Shown: positions 27,745-38,065, counted from the stretch's first letter. The stretch is 64,000 nucleotides of DNA from Vicinamibacteria bacterium (GCA_963422395.1 OY729431.1:416001-480000); one strand, 5' to 3'. Numbers and translations are program-made. The notes: generated by a model not told the origin, from the letters alone.

Positions 27745-29151
27745 TCAGGCGGCGGAGGTCCGCCGTTCGGCTCCATCTCGGCCGCGGGGATCCCTCGGGA
27801 CGACGGGCATCTCGATCACTTCCCGATCGTTCGTGCCCCCGCTCTCCGGGTCCAGCACCTTGAGTGCGTCGCCCAGGAGAAAGATGGAGCCGGCGACGAC
27901 GACCTCTCCGTTGCGGCCGGCGAGCCGAAAGGCTCGGGTCAGCGCCTGCGGCACTTCCGCCACGATTTCCGCCCGAGTGCCGTTTCCGGCGAAAGCCGGC
28001 TGTACGGCGTCTGCCAAGTCCCCGGCGGGGAGCGCCCGGCGGCTCGCGGCGGCGGTCAGCACCACGGAGTGGAAGTGGGGATCGAGCGGCGCCAGCATCG
28101 CGGCGGCCCGCTTGTCGCGCATCGCGCCGAAGACCAGCACCCGGCGGCGGACGGGTCCGAGAGAGGCGAGGTACTCGGCGAGCCGCTCGGCGCCGTCCGG
28201 GTTGTGGGCGGCGTCGAGGAGCAGACTCGGCCGGACGGAGCTCGCCGGCAGCCACTGCAGCCGCCCCGGCCAGCGCACCGCCGAGACTCCCTCCCGGACC
28301 CGCACCGGATCGAGCGGCCCGAGCCCGCGCCGGGCGAAGAACCGCTCGGCCCCGCGGACGGCGAGCGCGAGGTTGTCGAGTTGATGGCGCCCCGGCAGCG
28401 GCAGCCACAGGTCGTCGTAAACCCCTTCCGGGGTGCGGAGCCAACCTCGGGCGCCGCTGCGGCCGGTGTCGAAAACAGCCTCCACCTCTCGTTCGAGATC
28501 CCGGAAGCGGGCGCCGCGGGCACGGGCGCCCGCCTCGAGAACGGTCTTGACCTCCGGCTTCTGCGCTGCCGCCAGCAGCTCGCCTCCCGGGCGCGCCACC
28601 GCTCCCTTTTCGGCGGCGATCTCCCGGACCGTGCGTCCCAGATACCGCTCATGGTCCAGCGCGATCCGGGTGATGAGTCCGAGCGGGGCGTCGGTAGCGG
28701 TGGTGGCGTCCCAGCGCCCTCCCATCCCGACCTCGAAAATCGCTGCGTCCACCCGATTCCGGGCGAACGCGCAGAACGCAGCCCCGGTGATCGTCTCGAA
28801 GAACGAGGGGCGATGGTCCGGCGGCAGCGCGGCGGTCGCCTCGGCGACCGTGCTCACGAAGCCGGCGAATTCATCTGGCGCCACCCGGCGGCCATTCACC
28901 ACGATCCGCTCCTCCACCGCCACCAGATGGGGAGAGGTGAACCGGCCTACCCGCAGGCCGTGGGCCCGCAGCACCGTATCCAGGATGGCGACGGTGGATC
29001 CCTTGCCGTTGGTTCCCGCGACGACCACCGCCGGGAACCGGCGTTCGGGATGACCGAGAGTGCGGGCCAGCTGTCGGATGTTCCGGGTCCCCACCTCGAC
29101 CCGGAACTGCTCCCGGCTGCGCAGGTAGGCGAGCGCTTCCTCGTAACGCAT
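27745..29151 (-). CDS. folC: Folylpolyglutamate synthase/dihydrofolate synthase
   Basis: VAGTNGKGST, FTSPHL, EVGMGGRWDAT, WPGRLQ, LDAAHNPDG. Confidence 0.95.
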   Translation of the reverse strand: MRYEEALAYLRSREQFRVEVGTRNIRQLARTLGHPERRFPAVVVAGTNGKGSTVAILDTVLRAHGLRVGRFTSPHLVAVEERIVVNGRRVAPDEFAGFVSTVAEATAALPPDHRPSFFETITGAAFCAFARNRVDAAIFEVGMGGRWDATTATDAPLGLITRIALDHERYLGRTVREIAAEKGAVARPGGELLAAAQKPEVKTVLEAGARARGARFRDLEREVEAVFDTGRSGARGWLRTPEGVYDDLWLPLPGRHQLDNLALAVRGAERFFARRGLGPLDPVRVREGVSAVRWPGRLQWLPASSVRPSLLLDAAHNPDGAERLAEYLASLGPVRRRVLVFGAMRDKRAAAMLAPLDPHFHSVVLTAAASRRALPAGDLADAVQPAFAGNGTRAEIVAEVPQALTRAFRLAGRNGEVVVAGSIFLLGDALKVLDPESGGTNDREVIEMPVVPRDPRGRDGAERRTSAA

Positions 29152-29186
29152 CCTGCGGATCGGGGAGGCGGGGCGGATCGCGGGGC

Positions 29187-30107
29187 TTAGCAGCCGGTAC
29201 GGACCAGCACCGGCTCCCGGGCGGCGAGCGCGGGCGCCGTCTGCGTCGAAGCCGCCGTTCCCCGAGGCTCGAAGAGGAACCGCAGGAATCCGCCGAGCAC
29301 CCGGCGAAGCTCGCGGCGGTGGACGACGCGATCCAGCATCCCGTGTTGGAGCAGGAACTCGGAGCGCTGGAACCCGGGCGGCAACTCGCCGCGGATCGTC
29401 TGCCGGATCACTCGCGGCCCGGCGAACCCGATGAGTGCGCCGGGCTCGGCGAGGTTGAGGTCCCCGAGCATCGCGTAACTGGCGGTGACTCCGCCGGTGG
29501 TGGGATGAGTGAGTACCGAGAGGAAGGGGACCCGCTCCTCGTCCAGAACCGCGAGCGCGGAGGAGATCTTGGCCATCTGCATGAGCGAGAGCGCCCCTTC
29601 CTGCATCCGGGCGCCACCCGAGCAGGACACCACGATCAGCGGAATGTGCGCTTCACAGGCAGCCTCGACCGCACGGGTGATCTGCTCGCCCACCACCACG
29701 CCCATGCTCCCGCCGATGAAGCCGTACTCCATGACCGCGAGGAACACGGGCGTCCGCTCGATCCGCCCCCGGGTGACGAGGATGGCGTCATCGAGGCCGG
29801 TCGCTTCGGCGCTCCGACGCAGCCGCTCGTAGTAGTCCACGCGGTCCCGGAACCGGAGCGGATCGTTCGAGCGGAGTCCGCCCGACAGTTCCTGGTACTC
29901 CCCCTCGTCCATGAGCATCTCCACCCGGTCCCGAGCGGAGAGCCGCATGTGGAAGTCGCAACGCGGACAGACCTCGAGGTTTTCTCGGAGGGCCCGCCCG
30001 TACACGATCTCCGAACAGCCCTCGCAGCGCACGAAGAGCCCTTTGGGAACTTGCGGGCCGGCACGGTCCGCGTGAGCGTCGGGGCTGCGGAACGCGGAAT
30101 CGACCAT
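29187..30107 (-). CDS. accD: Acetyl-CoA carboxylase carboxyltransferase beta subunit
   Basis: Zn finger CEGC..CPRC, FIGGSMG, SGGARMQEG, PTTGGVTAS, GFAGPRVI. Confidence 0.96.
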   Translation of the reverse strand: MVDSAFRSPDAHADRAGPQVPKGLFVRCEGCSEIVYGRALRENLEVCPRCDFHMRLSARDRVEMLMDEGEYQELSGGLRSNDPLRFRDRVDYYERLRRSAEATGLDDAILVTRGRIERTPVFLAVMEYGFIGGSMGVVVGEQITRAVEAACEAHIPLIVVSCSGGARMQEGALSLMQMAKISSALAVLDEERVPFLSVLTHPTTGGVTASYAMLGDLNLAEPGALIGFAGPRVIRQTIRGELPPGFQRSEFLLQHGMLDRVVHRRELRRVLGGFLRFLFEPRGTAASTQTAPALAAREPVLVRTGC

Positions 30108-30122
30108 GGGAGGCACGAAATG

Positions 30123-30307
30123 CTAGCAGCCTGTGGATGAAGTGACGCGAGCGCCGAGAGTGGTGAGGCGCCCGGCTGACAAGGCGCGTGACGGAGGAAT
30201 ACCGGGAGTATTTCGAGCGAAACGCAACGATGAGCCCCGTGAAACGGGGCGGTTCAGCCGGGATGCATCGCCGCTCGAACACCGCGTGACTTCGTCCACC
30301 GGCTGCT
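30123..30307. mobile_element. Palindromic MITE-like element, copy 1
   Basis: TIRs TAGCAGCCTGTGGATGAAGT...ACTTCGTCCACCGGCTGCT; homologous in reverse orientation to the copies at 32186 and 50574. Confidence 0.8.
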
Positions 30308-30308
30308 G

Positions 30309-30375
30309 ACAGCCTGTGGATGAAGTGACGCGAGCGCCGAGAGCGGCCCAGTTCTCCCAGGGTGGCGGCCCAGCC
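30309..30375. repeat. Partial tandem copy of the MITE-like element (variant subtype)
   Basis: CAGCCTGTGGATGAAGTGACGCGAGCGCCGAGAG repeated directly after copy 1. Confidence 0.7.
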
Positions 30376-30413
30376 TGCGCCCATAATATCGGGCGGATCG
30401 GAGGTCTTGACCC

Positions 30414-32189
30414 ATGGAACCGCAGACTCTGCATCAGCTGTTCGCCGCAGCCTGCTCCCGGCACGACAGGGAGGACGCTCTCCTCTACAAGGAGGGCGGA
30501 GAGTGGAAGAAACTCTCCTCGGCTGGCTGGCTGGCCGCCGCGCAGGAGACGGCGATGGGGCTCGCCGCCCGCGGGGTGGAAAAGGGAGATCGGGTGGTGC
30601 TGCTCTCCGAGAATCGGGTGGAGTGGTTCACCGTGGAGGCCGGGCTCCAGCTCCTGGGCGCGGTGACGGTGCCGATCTACCCCACCCTGACCGCCGCGCA
30701 GACCGCTTACATCGTTCGGGATTCGGGAGCTCGGGTGGTCCTCGCCTCGACCGCAGACCAATACGCCAAGATCCGCGCGGTCCGGGACCAGCTCCCGGCG
30801 CTGGAGACGGTGTTCACCTTCGACGAAGGAGCGGGCGGCGAATCCTGGGAAACCCTCATGAGCGCCGGCAAGGCGGCAGGTGAGGCCGATCCCGGCGGGA
30901 CGGACCTGCTCGCGGCGGCGGTCTCCGGCGGCGATCTCGCCACGATCATCTACACCTCGGGAACCACCGGGAATCCCAAGGGGGTGATGCTCACCCAACA
31001 GAACCTGGTGCAAAACGCCCTCGCCGGTACCGAAGCGATCATCCTGAGCCCGGAGGATGTGGCGATGTCGGTGTTGCCGTACAGCCATGTGTTCGCCCGC
31101 ATGGTGGCGCACTATCTCTATCCCCACTGCGGGGTCAGCATCGCCATCGCCGAGAGCATGGACAAATTGGTGGAGAACATCGGCGAGATCCGCCCCACGG
31201 TCATGGCCTGCGTGCCGCGCTTCTACGAGAAGATGCGGGACCGGGTGCTCGAAGGGGTGGCCGCCGGCAGCCCGTTGAAGCAGAAGATCTTCCACTGGGC
31301 GCTCCGGACGGGCCGTGCAATGGGCCGCCATCGCCAGCAGGGGACCGAGCCGCCCGTCGGACTGAAGTTCCGCTACCGCCTGGCGACCCGGCTCGTGTTC
31401 GACAAGCTCCATAAGCGCCTCGGCGGCCGGATGCGGCTCTTCGTCTCCGGCGGCGCGGCGCTGCCGCAGGAGGTCGCGGAGTTCTTCCTGGCGGCGGGCT
31501 GGCTCATCATCGAGGGCTACGGGCTGACCGAGACCTCGCCGGTGATCACCGTGAACCGCCCCGACCGGTTCCGTTTCGGCACCGTGGGAGTCCCGGTGCG
31601 CGGCGTGGAAGTGAGGATCGCGGACGACGGCGAGATCGCCTGCCGCGGCCACAATGTGATGAAGGGTTACTTCGGCAACGCCGCCGCCACCGAAGAAGCC
31701 ATCGTGGGCGGTTGGTTCCATACCGGCGATGTGGGGGAGTTCGACGAGGACGGTTTCTTGCGGATCACCGACCGGAAGAAGGACCTGCTCGTGACCGCCG
31801 GCGGAAAGAATGTGGCGCCGCAGCCCATCGAGGCGATGTTGAAGACCAGTCCGTACATCGCCGAAATGGTGATGATCGGAGACGCCAGGCCGTACCTCGC
31901 AGCGCTGGTGGCGCCCGACTTCGACCAGCTCCGGCGCTTCTGCGAGGCCGAGGGAATCCCGGCGGACACGGACGAGGTGATGGCTGCCGACGAACGGGTG
32001 CGGGCGCACCTCGAGGCGGAGATCGCCCGGCGGAGTGAAAACCTCGCTCCTTACGAACAGATCAAGAAGATCGCAGTGATCGCGGACACCTTCTCCGTCG
32101 AGAGCGGCGAGCTGACGCCGACGCTCAAGGTGAAGCGGCGGGTGGTCTCCGAGCGCTACGCCGACCGGATCGACTCTCTGTACGGTTAG
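30414..32189 (+). CDS. fadD: Long-chain fatty acid--CoA ligase
   Basis: IIYTSGTTGNPKGVML, EGYGLTETSP, WFHTGDVG, ITDRKKDL. Confidence 0.92.
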   Translation: MEPQTLHQLFAAACSRHDREDALLYKEGGEWKKLSSAGWLAAAQETAMGLAARGVEKGDRVVLLSENRVEWFTVEAGLQLLGAVTVPIYPTLTAAQTAYIVRDSGARVVLASTADQYAKIRAVRDQLPALETVFTFDEGAGGESWETLMSAGKAAGEADPGGTDLLAAAVSGGDLATIIYTSGTTGNPKGVMLTQQNLVQNALAGTEAIILSPEDVAMSVLPYSHVFARMVAHYLYPHCGVSIAIAESMDKLVENIGEIRPTVMACVPRFYEKMRDRVLEGVAAGSPLKQKIFHWALRTGRAMGRHRQQGTEPPVGLKFRYRLATRLVFDKLHKRLGGRMRLFVSGGAALPQEVAEFFLAAGWLIIEGYGLTETSPVITVNRPDRFRFGTVGVPVRGVEVRIADDGEIACRGHNVMKGYFGNAAATEEAIVGGWFHTGDVGEFDEDGFLRITDRKKDLLVTAGGKNVAPQPIEAMLKTSPYIAEMVMIGDARPYLAALVAPDFDQLRRFCEAEGIPADTDEVMAADERVRAHLEAEIARRSENLAPYEQIKKIAVIADTFSVESGELTPTLKVKRRVVSERYADRIDSLYG

Positions 32190-32381
32190 CAGCCTGTGGA
32201 TGAAGTCACACGGCCAAAGGCCGGCGATGCCCAGTCCTCCCGGTGGGGGCCCTGGCTGAACCGCTTCGCTCTTCGTTGCAAATCAGTCGGAATACGCCCG
32301 GTATGCCTCCCGATTCGCGCCTTGTCAGCCAGGCGCCTCCCCGGTCTTGGGGCTCGCGCCACTTCATCCACAGGCTGCTAG
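32186..32381. mobile_element. Palindromic MITE-like element, copy 2 (perfect 20-bp TIRs)
   Basis: TAGCAGCCTGTGGATGAAGT ... ACTTCATCCACAGGCTGCTA; its left TAG is the fadD stop codon. Confidence 0.85.
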
Positions 32382-32430
32382 CCGATCAGCCAGGCCATCG
32401 GATTCGCGCGGTTTCGCCGAACGACGCGCG

Positions 32431-33873
32431 GTGACCGATCCGTTCGAGACCGTCATCGGGCTCGAGGTCCATGTCCAGCTCGTAACCCGCACCAAGCTGT
32501 TCTGCGGCTGTCCGAACGCTTTCGGCGCCCCTCCGAATACCCATGTCTGCCCGGTGTGCTACGGGTTGCCGGGCGCGCTCCCGGTACCGAACCGGCGCGC
32601 GCTGGAACTCGCGGTTCTGGCCGGCCTCGCGTTCGAATGCGAGATCCCCGAGGAGTCGGTCTTCGAGCGCAAGAACTACTTCTACCCCGACCTCCCGAAG
32701 GGCTACCAGATCACTCAGTTCGAGCATCCGGTAGCCCGCGCCGGAAGCCTGCGGATCTCCGGGCGGACGATCGGCATCCACCGCATCCAGCTCGAGGAGG
32801 ACGCCGGCAAATTGGTGCACGAGGGCTTCGACGGTTCGGACCGGCGGAGCGGAGTGGACTTCAACCGCGCCGGCGTTCCGTTGATCGAGATCGTGAGCGA
32901 GCCGGACATCCGTTCTCCGGCCGAAGCTTGCGACTACGCCCGGGCGCTGAAGCGCCGCGTGGCCTACTGCGGGGTATCCGGCGCCGACATGGAGAAAGGC
33001 AACCTGCGCATGGACGGGAACCTCTCGGTCCGCCGGCGGGGCGCCGCGGAGTTCGGGGTCAAGGTCGAGCTGAAGAACCTGAACTCCTTCCGGTTCCTGC
33101 GCCGCGCACTCGACTTCGAGGCGGCGCGTCAGCGCGAACTCCTCGCTGCCGGCGAGCGCGTGGTCCAGGAGACGCGGCTCTACGACGAGGGAAGCGGCGC
33201 GACGAAGCCCATGCGGAGCAAGGAGGAGGCGTCGGACTACCGCTATTTCCCGGATCCGGACCTGCCGCCGATCCGGCTGCCGCCGGGCTTCCTGGAGGAG
33301 GCCGAGTGCCGGCTGCCGGAATTCCCCGAAGCGCGGGCGGCCCGCTATCGGCGAGAGCACGGAATCGGAGCGCAGCAGGCGGAGCGGATCGCGGCGCGGC
33401 GGGATCTCGCCGACTACTACGAAGCCATCCTCGCCGGCGCTGTCGGAGCAGACCCCGGGGAAACGGCGCGGGCGGCGGCGGGCTTCCTCCTCTCGGAAGT
33501 CGTCTCCCGCGAAAAACAGGATGGACGGTTTTCGGTCCCGCCCGCGCGGCTGGGCGAGCTCGTCCGGCGGCTGGCGGCGAAGCAGCTGCCCCGGAATGCT
33601 GCCCGGGAGGTCTTCGCCGCCATGTGCTCGACCGGGCGGCCAGCCGGAGAACTGATCGGGGAGCTCGGCTTCACCGGTCTCGCCGCCGGGCCGGCGCTCG
33701 AGGAGCTGGCTTCCCGGCTGGTCGCCGATCACCCCCGGGACCGGGACGCCTACCGCAGCGGCAAGACCAGGGTGATCGGCTTCTTCGTGGGCCTCCTGAT
33801 GCGCGAGCTGCAGGGCAAGGCCGATCCCCGCGCCGCCCGCGCCGCGCTCGAACGAGCTCTCGCCGACGATTGA
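32431..33873 (+). CDS. gatB: Asp-tRNA(Asn)/Glu-tRNA(Gln) amidotransferase subunit B
   Basis: FETVIGLEVHVQL, RKNYFYPDLPKGYQITQ, DFNRAGVPLIEIVSEPD, DYRYFPDPDLP. Confidence 0.96.
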   Translation: MTDPFETVIGLEVHVQLVTRTKLFCGCPNAFGAPPNTHVCPVCYGLPGALPVPNRRALELAVLAGLAFECEIPEESVFERKNYFYPDLPKGYQITQFEHPVARAGSLRISGRTIGIHRIQLEEDAGKLVHEGFDGSDRRSGVDFNRAGVPLIEIVSEPDIRSPAEACDYARALKRRVAYCGVSGADMEKGNLRMDGNLSVRRRGAAEFGVKVELKNLNSFRFLRRALDFEAARQRELLAAGERVVQETRLYDEGSGATKPMRSKEEASDYRYFPDPDLPPIRLPPGFLEEAECRLPEFPEARAARYRREHGIGAQQAERIAARRDLADYYEAILAGAVGADPGETARAAAGFLLSEVVSREKQDGRFSVPPARLGELVRRLAAKQLPRNAAREVFAAMCSTGRPAGELIGELGFTGLAAGPALEELASRLVADHPRDRDAYRSGKTRVIGFFVGLLMRELQGKADPRAARAALERALADD

Positions 33874-34523
33874 CTCCGCGGGAACCTTCCGTCCGGGTCG
33901 CGGCTATCGCGGGTTGGACCTGCACCGGCAAGACGCGCTTCGCCCAGGCGCTGGCCGAGAGGCTTCGCCCCCGCCGGGTGGAGGTGCTCTCGCTGGACGA
34001 CTTCTATCGGGACACCTCCCATCTTTCCCGCAGGGATCGCGCCGCGGTCGACTACGACGAACCCGCGGCCTACGACCTGGCGGCCTTCCGCCGCCACCTC
34101 GACGCGCTGTGCTCCGGAGACCAGGCGCCGCGGTTCCGCTACGACTTTGCTTCGGGAGCGCGGCGGGAGGCCGGAGTTCTCGGCCCCGCCGAAGTGGTCC
34201 TCGCCGAGGGCTTCCTCACCCTCTGGGACCGCCGGTTGCGCCGCGCTGCGGACCTCCGCATCTTCCTCGAAGGGGATCCGGAGCGGCTCCTCACGCGGCG
34301 GGTCCGCCGGGACGGGGCGGAGCGCGCCTACCGGGCGGACGAAGTGCGGCGCCGCTTCGGGGAGATGGTGATCCCGGCTCAGCGGCGCTATCTCGCCGAA
34401 GCGCCCCGGATCGCCGACCTGGTGTTCCCGATGGACTGGGGCGATTCCCATGTCGCCCGCGCCGCCGGCTGTCTGGACGGGGATACTTCCCCAACCCCAG
34501 CAGGGAAAGGAACCGTGCCGTGA
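33870..34523 (+). CDS. udk: Uridine kinase family protein
   Basis: IAGWTCTGKT P-loop, LSLDDFYRD, DYDEPAAYD, AEGFL, RRVRRD; TTG overlaps the gatB stop. Confidence 0.75.
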   Translation: MTPREPSVRVAAIAGWTCTGKTRFAQALAERLRPRRVEVLSLDDFYRDTSHLSRRDRAAVDYDEPAAYDLAAFRRHLDALCSGDQAPRFRYDFASGARREAGVLGPAEVVLAEGFLTLWDRRLRRAADLRIFLEGDPERLLTRRVRRDGAERAYRADEVRRRFGEMVIPAQRRYLAEAPRIADLVFPMDWGDSHVARAAGCLDGDTSPTPAGKGTVP

Positions 34524-35359
34524 CTCCCGCTCCCATCCTCCGCATCGGGCACAGCCCCGATCCCGACGACGCTTTCATGTTCTGCGCCCTCGCTCGGGGC
34601 GCGGTCCGGGTGCGCGATTTCCAGGTGGAACATGTTCTCGAAGACATCGAGAGCCTGAACGACCGGGCGCTCGCCGGAGAGCTTCCGGTCACCGCGATCT
34701 CGGCGCACGCCTACCTGTCGGTCGCCCACCGCTACTGGATCATGGCCAGCGGCGCCAGCATGGGGGAGGGGTATGGCCCGGTGGTGGTGAGCCGGGAAGC
34801 GGGGCGGCTCGAAGACCTCCGGGGACAGCGGGTGGCGATCCCCGGCGCCCGGACGACCGCGGCGCTGCTCGCCCGCTGCTATATCGGCGGCTTCGAGCCG
34901 GTGATCGTCCCCTTCGACCAGATCTTCGAGGCGGTGGAAGCCGGCCGGGCCGCGGCGGGGATCGTCATCCACGAAGGGCAGCTCACCTGGGAACGGCAGG
35001 GGTTTCATCTGCTTTCCGATTTCGGCGTCCGTTTCGAGGAGGAGACCGGACTGCCGCTCCCGCTCGGCCTCGATGTGGTGCGGCGCGACCTCGGGCGTGA
35101 GCTGGCGGTGGAGATGAACCGCGCGATGCGGGAGAGCATCGATTGGGCCTACGCCAACGAGGAGGAAGCCCTCGACTACGCGCTCCGCTTCGGCCGCGGA
35201 CTCGACCGCGAGCTCGGCCGCCGGTTCGTGAAGATGTATGTCTCGGCGCTCACCCGCGACATGGGCGACGCCGGGGAAGCGGCGCTCCGGGCGCTCTTTT
35301 CGCTGGCGGAACGGGCGGGCGTGGTGGCCGAGGCCCCCGACTTCGAGCTGATCCGCTGA
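34520..35359 (+). CDS. mqnD: MqnA/MqnD family protein, probably 1,4-dihydroxy-6-naphthoate synthase
   Basis: GHSPDPDDAFMF, DIESLN, GASMGEGYGP, IHEGQL, LPLPLG. Confidence 0.85.
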   Translation: MTPAPILRIGHSPDPDDAFMFCALARGAVRVRDFQVEHVLEDIESLNDRALAGELPVTAISAHAYLSVAHRYWIMASGASMGEGYGPVVVSREAGRLEDLRGQRVAIPGARTTAALLARCYIGGFEPVIVPFDQIFEAVEAGRAAAGIVIHEGQLTWERQGFHLLSDFGVRFEEETGLPLPLGLDVVRRDLGRELAVEMNRAMRESIDWAYANEEEALDYALRFGRGLDRELGRRFVKMYVSALTRDMGDAGEAALRALFSLAERAGVVAEAPDFELIR

Positions 35360-35386
35360 CGCTGATCCTGGCTTGGACGCCGCCGG

Positions 35387-36763
35387 TCAGGCGCCGGCGA
35401 AGAGCAGGGGAAAGACCACGGTGACGAACGCCGCCCAGCCGGCGTGCACCGGCAAGAAGGCGGTCTGCCACCGCTCGAGCCCGGAAAACGCCACCCGCCC
35501 CCGCAGGAATCCGAACAGCAGCCACGCGGAGCCAGCGAGGTTCGCCAGCAGGATCAGGTTCTCGCCTAGGGCCGCGGCCTTGTTGGCGCTGAACCCGAAC
35601 TCCGAGATCCGGAGAGCGATCGCGCCGAGAGCGAAGCCGTCCACCACCAGCGCGCAGGTCACGAGCAGCAGCAACAGGCGGTCGAAGGCGCTGGGCGGAG
35701 CCCCCGGATCCCGCGCCGAAACGGCGTAGAGCACGAGCCCGAGCACCACCACCAGCAGCAGGTCGAAACCGATCAGCACCTCGCGGTCCGCTCCGATTCC
35801 GGTGCCCGTCCAGGCCATCGTCGCGAGGAACGCGAGCAGCACCAGAGTGAAGAGCGGGGTGAACACCCGCGTCAGCACCGGAGCCATGTTCTCGATCACG
35901 CTCTGTTTCGCCTCGACGAGCCAGGCGGCCACCACGACGGCCCCGAGAGCGCCGCAGGGAAGGATCCACTGTTGTGCCAGCTGTTCCGCGTCGATTCCGA
36001 TGCTGGCGAACATGCCCATCGTGAGTCCGGTCAGGACTCCGCCGCCGAGTGCGATCAGGACGAAATAGATGACGAGCTCGCCCGAGAAACGGACGAAGTG
36101 CATCCGCTCCTGGCGGTTCTTCCAACGTCCGCCGGAGTAGGCGATGCCGATCACCAGCCAGAGCGCGATCGGGAGGTGCATCACCGCCAGGACTTCGGTG
36201 GCGCCGCCCGGCGTGTAGGGCAGGGTGTTCACCAGGGCGGCGGCGAGGGCGAAAGCGGCGGCGAGTCCGACGCCGAGGCGGATTCCGATGCGCCGTTTCC
36301 AGACGAAGTAGCCCGCGAGGAAGGGCAGGACGAAAAGGCTGAAATTCCGGGCGTAGAAGTGTTGGGCGCCGTCGGTCGCGAGGGACAGGCCGAAGAGCTC
36401 GGGGAGCTTCACGGCGAGCGCCGCGGCAGCCGCGAGAGCCAACACGACCACCGCCTCGGTCCGATCCGCCCGCGCCCCGGTTCGGCCGGCGGTCGAAACG
36501 AGCTGCTTCCACAGCCGTCCGGAGTGTTCCCTGGCGAACTCGCGCGTCAGCGCATCGATCTCGCCGAGGCGCCGCACGGCCACCAAGAACGCCTCGTCTG
36601 CGCTGAGCCCCGCCTCCTCGAGAGCAGCGATCCGGCCCCGAAGATGATCCTCGAGCTCGTCCCCGTCGGCGGCCGCCACCCCCTGCCGGCGGAGCAGATA
36701 GCGGCGCCACTCCCGGATCTGCGCTTCCGCTCCCTCCTGCCGGCGATGTCCGTCGTTCTCCAC
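35387..36763 (-). CDS. Permease-prefix-domain membrane protein (PadR-associated)
   Basis: N-terminal DELEDHLR..AFLVAVRRLG followed by about 12 TM helices. Confidence 0.85.
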   Translation of the reverse strand: MENDGHRRQEGAEAQIREWRRYLLRRQGVAAADGDELEDHLRGRIAALEEAGLSADEAFLVAVRRLGEIDALTREFAREHSGRLWKQLVSTAGRTGARADRTEAVVVLALAAAAALAVKLPELFGLSLATDGAQHFYARNFSLFVLPFLAGYFVWKRRIGIRLGVGLAAAFALAAALVNTLPYTPGGATEVLAVMHLPIALWLVIGIAYSGGRWKNRQERMHFVRFSGELVIYFVLIALGGGVLTGLTMGMFASIGIDAEQLAQQWILPCGALGAVVVAAWLVEAKQSVIENMAPVLTRVFTPLFTLVLLAFLATMAWTGTGIGADREVLIGFDLLLVVVLGLVLYAVSARDPGAPPSAFDRLLLLLVTCALVVDGFALGAIALRISEFGFSANKAAALGENLILLANLAGSAWLLFGFLRGRVAFSGLERWQTAFLPVHAGWAAFVTVVFPLLFAGA

Positions 36764-36772
36764 GAAGACCCC

Positions 36773-37144
36773 TCAGCCCGCGGCGGGTGCTTCGGAGGTT
36801 TCGACCCAAGTGGCGCGCAGGGTGCGGTCCACCAGCTGCCACTGCCGGCGCTGCGACGCGAGGCGGCTCTCCCCGGCCTCGGTGATCCGGTAGTACTTGC
36901 GACGGCGCCCGCTTTCCGAGCGGCGCCACTCTCCCTCGATCTGCGAAAGCCGCTCCAGGCGGTGCAGTACCGGGTAGAGCATGCCTTCGCTCCATCGCAG
37001 CTGCCCGCCGGAGAGTTCGGCGACCCGTTTCAGGATCGCGTAGCCGTAGCTTTCGCCCTCGCACAGGATGGCTAGCACCAGGGGGATGGCCGAGGCGGCC
37101 ACCAGATCTTTGTCGATACCCGTCTCCGGCTGCTCGGGGAGCAT
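36773..37144 (-). CDS. PadR family transcriptional regulator
   Basis: ESYGYAI, EGMLYPVLHRLE, RRKYYRITEAG. Confidence 0.92.
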   Translation of the reverse strand: MLPEQPETGIDKDLVAASAIPLVLAILCEGESYGYAILKRVAELSGGQLRWSEGMLYPVLHRLERLSQIEGEWRRSESGRRRKYYRITEAGESRLASQRRQWQLVDRTLRATWVETSEAPAAG

Positions 37145-37150
37145 AGAACT

Positions 37151-37173
37151 ATTATACATAGTGATACTAGGTA
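37151..37173 (-). promoter_or_regulatory. -10 box (TATAAT) overlapped by a palindromic operator; probable leaderless padR transcript
   Basis: Minus-strand TATAAT lies 6 nt before ATG 37144; TACATAG-N5-CTAGGTA inverted repeat. Confidence 0.65.
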
Positions 37174-37264
37174 ACATTCGAAGCTGGGCTGTCGGCCTGT
37201 TCCCCGGCGGTAAGGCACATCTGCCGCTCGGGCGGACCTGCTTTTCGGCTCGGCAGGGAGATTC

Positions 37265-38065
37265 TCAGGATCGCGGCTCGTCCTCCGACGCGGCAGGGGG
37301 GGACCCGTGGCGGGACCAGGCGATGCGGATGCCTTCGAGGGTGAGCTTCTCGTTCACGAGATCCACCACTCCGGTCCATTCGGCCGCCTGCCGGGCGAGG
37401 CCGCCGGTGGCGATGACGGTATGGCCCCCTCCGAGCTCTTCCTGTAGCAGCCGAACCATCTCCCGCACCATGCCGGTCCACCCGTGGACGAGGCCGGACT
37501 GGAGCGCTGCGACCGTGTGGGTTCCGACCACCTGCATCGGCGGCCGGAGTTCCACCCGCGGCAGCTGGGCGGTCCGGCGCACCAGCGCTTCCGCCGAGAT
37601 GCCGAGGCCGGGCGCGATCGCTCCGCCGCGGTACTCGCCGCCTTGGGAGATGACATCGAAGGTCAGCGCCGTTCCCGCGTCGAGGACGATGGCGGCGATG
37701 CCGTAGAGATGGTGGACGGCGACGGTGTTGGCGATGCGGTCGGGCCCGGTCTCCTCGGGAGTGTCCACCAGGAGACGGACGCCGCGGGCGGTCTCGTGGT
37801 TCAGCAGGAACAGGCGGCGCCCGAAGTGGTCTTCGGCGAGAGCGCGCAGGGTCTCGGTGACCGCGGGGACGACGCTGGCTGCCGCGAGGTCGGTGACTTC
37901 CTCCCGCGAGACGCCGGCGCCAGCGAGCAGGCTCTCGAGGAGTGCTGCGGCCTCGTCGGGCAGCCGCGCGGGCTGGGTCGAGATACGCCAGTCGCGGCGC
38001 CATGCCTTGCCGTCATGGAGGCCGACGGCGGTTTTCGTGTTGCCGACATCGAAGACGAGGAGCAT
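37265..38065 (-). CDS. coaX: Type III pantothenate kinase
   Basis: MLLVFDVGNT, SVVP, GPDRIAN, VLDAGTA, GGAIAPG, IATGG. Confidence 0.93.
   Translation of the reverse strand: MLLVFDVGNTKTAVGLHDGKAWRRDWRISTQPARLPDEAAALLESLLAGAGVSREEVTDLAAASVVPAVTETLRALAEDHFGRRLFLLNHETARGVRLLVDTPEETGPDRIANTVAVHHLYGIAAIVLDAGTALTFDVISQGGEYRGGAIAPGLGISAEALVRRTAQLPRVELRPPMQVVGTHTVAALQSGLVHGWTGMVREMVRLLQEELGGGHTVIATGGLARQAAEWTGVVDLVNEKLTLEGIRIAWSRHGSPPAASEDEPRS

Noticed and set aside
30123-30375. Direct repeat of CAGCCTGTGGATGAAGTGACGCGAGCGCCGAGAG as a possible CRISPR array
   Set aside because: Only two units about 185 bp apart, no cas genes, and explained as tandem MITE ends
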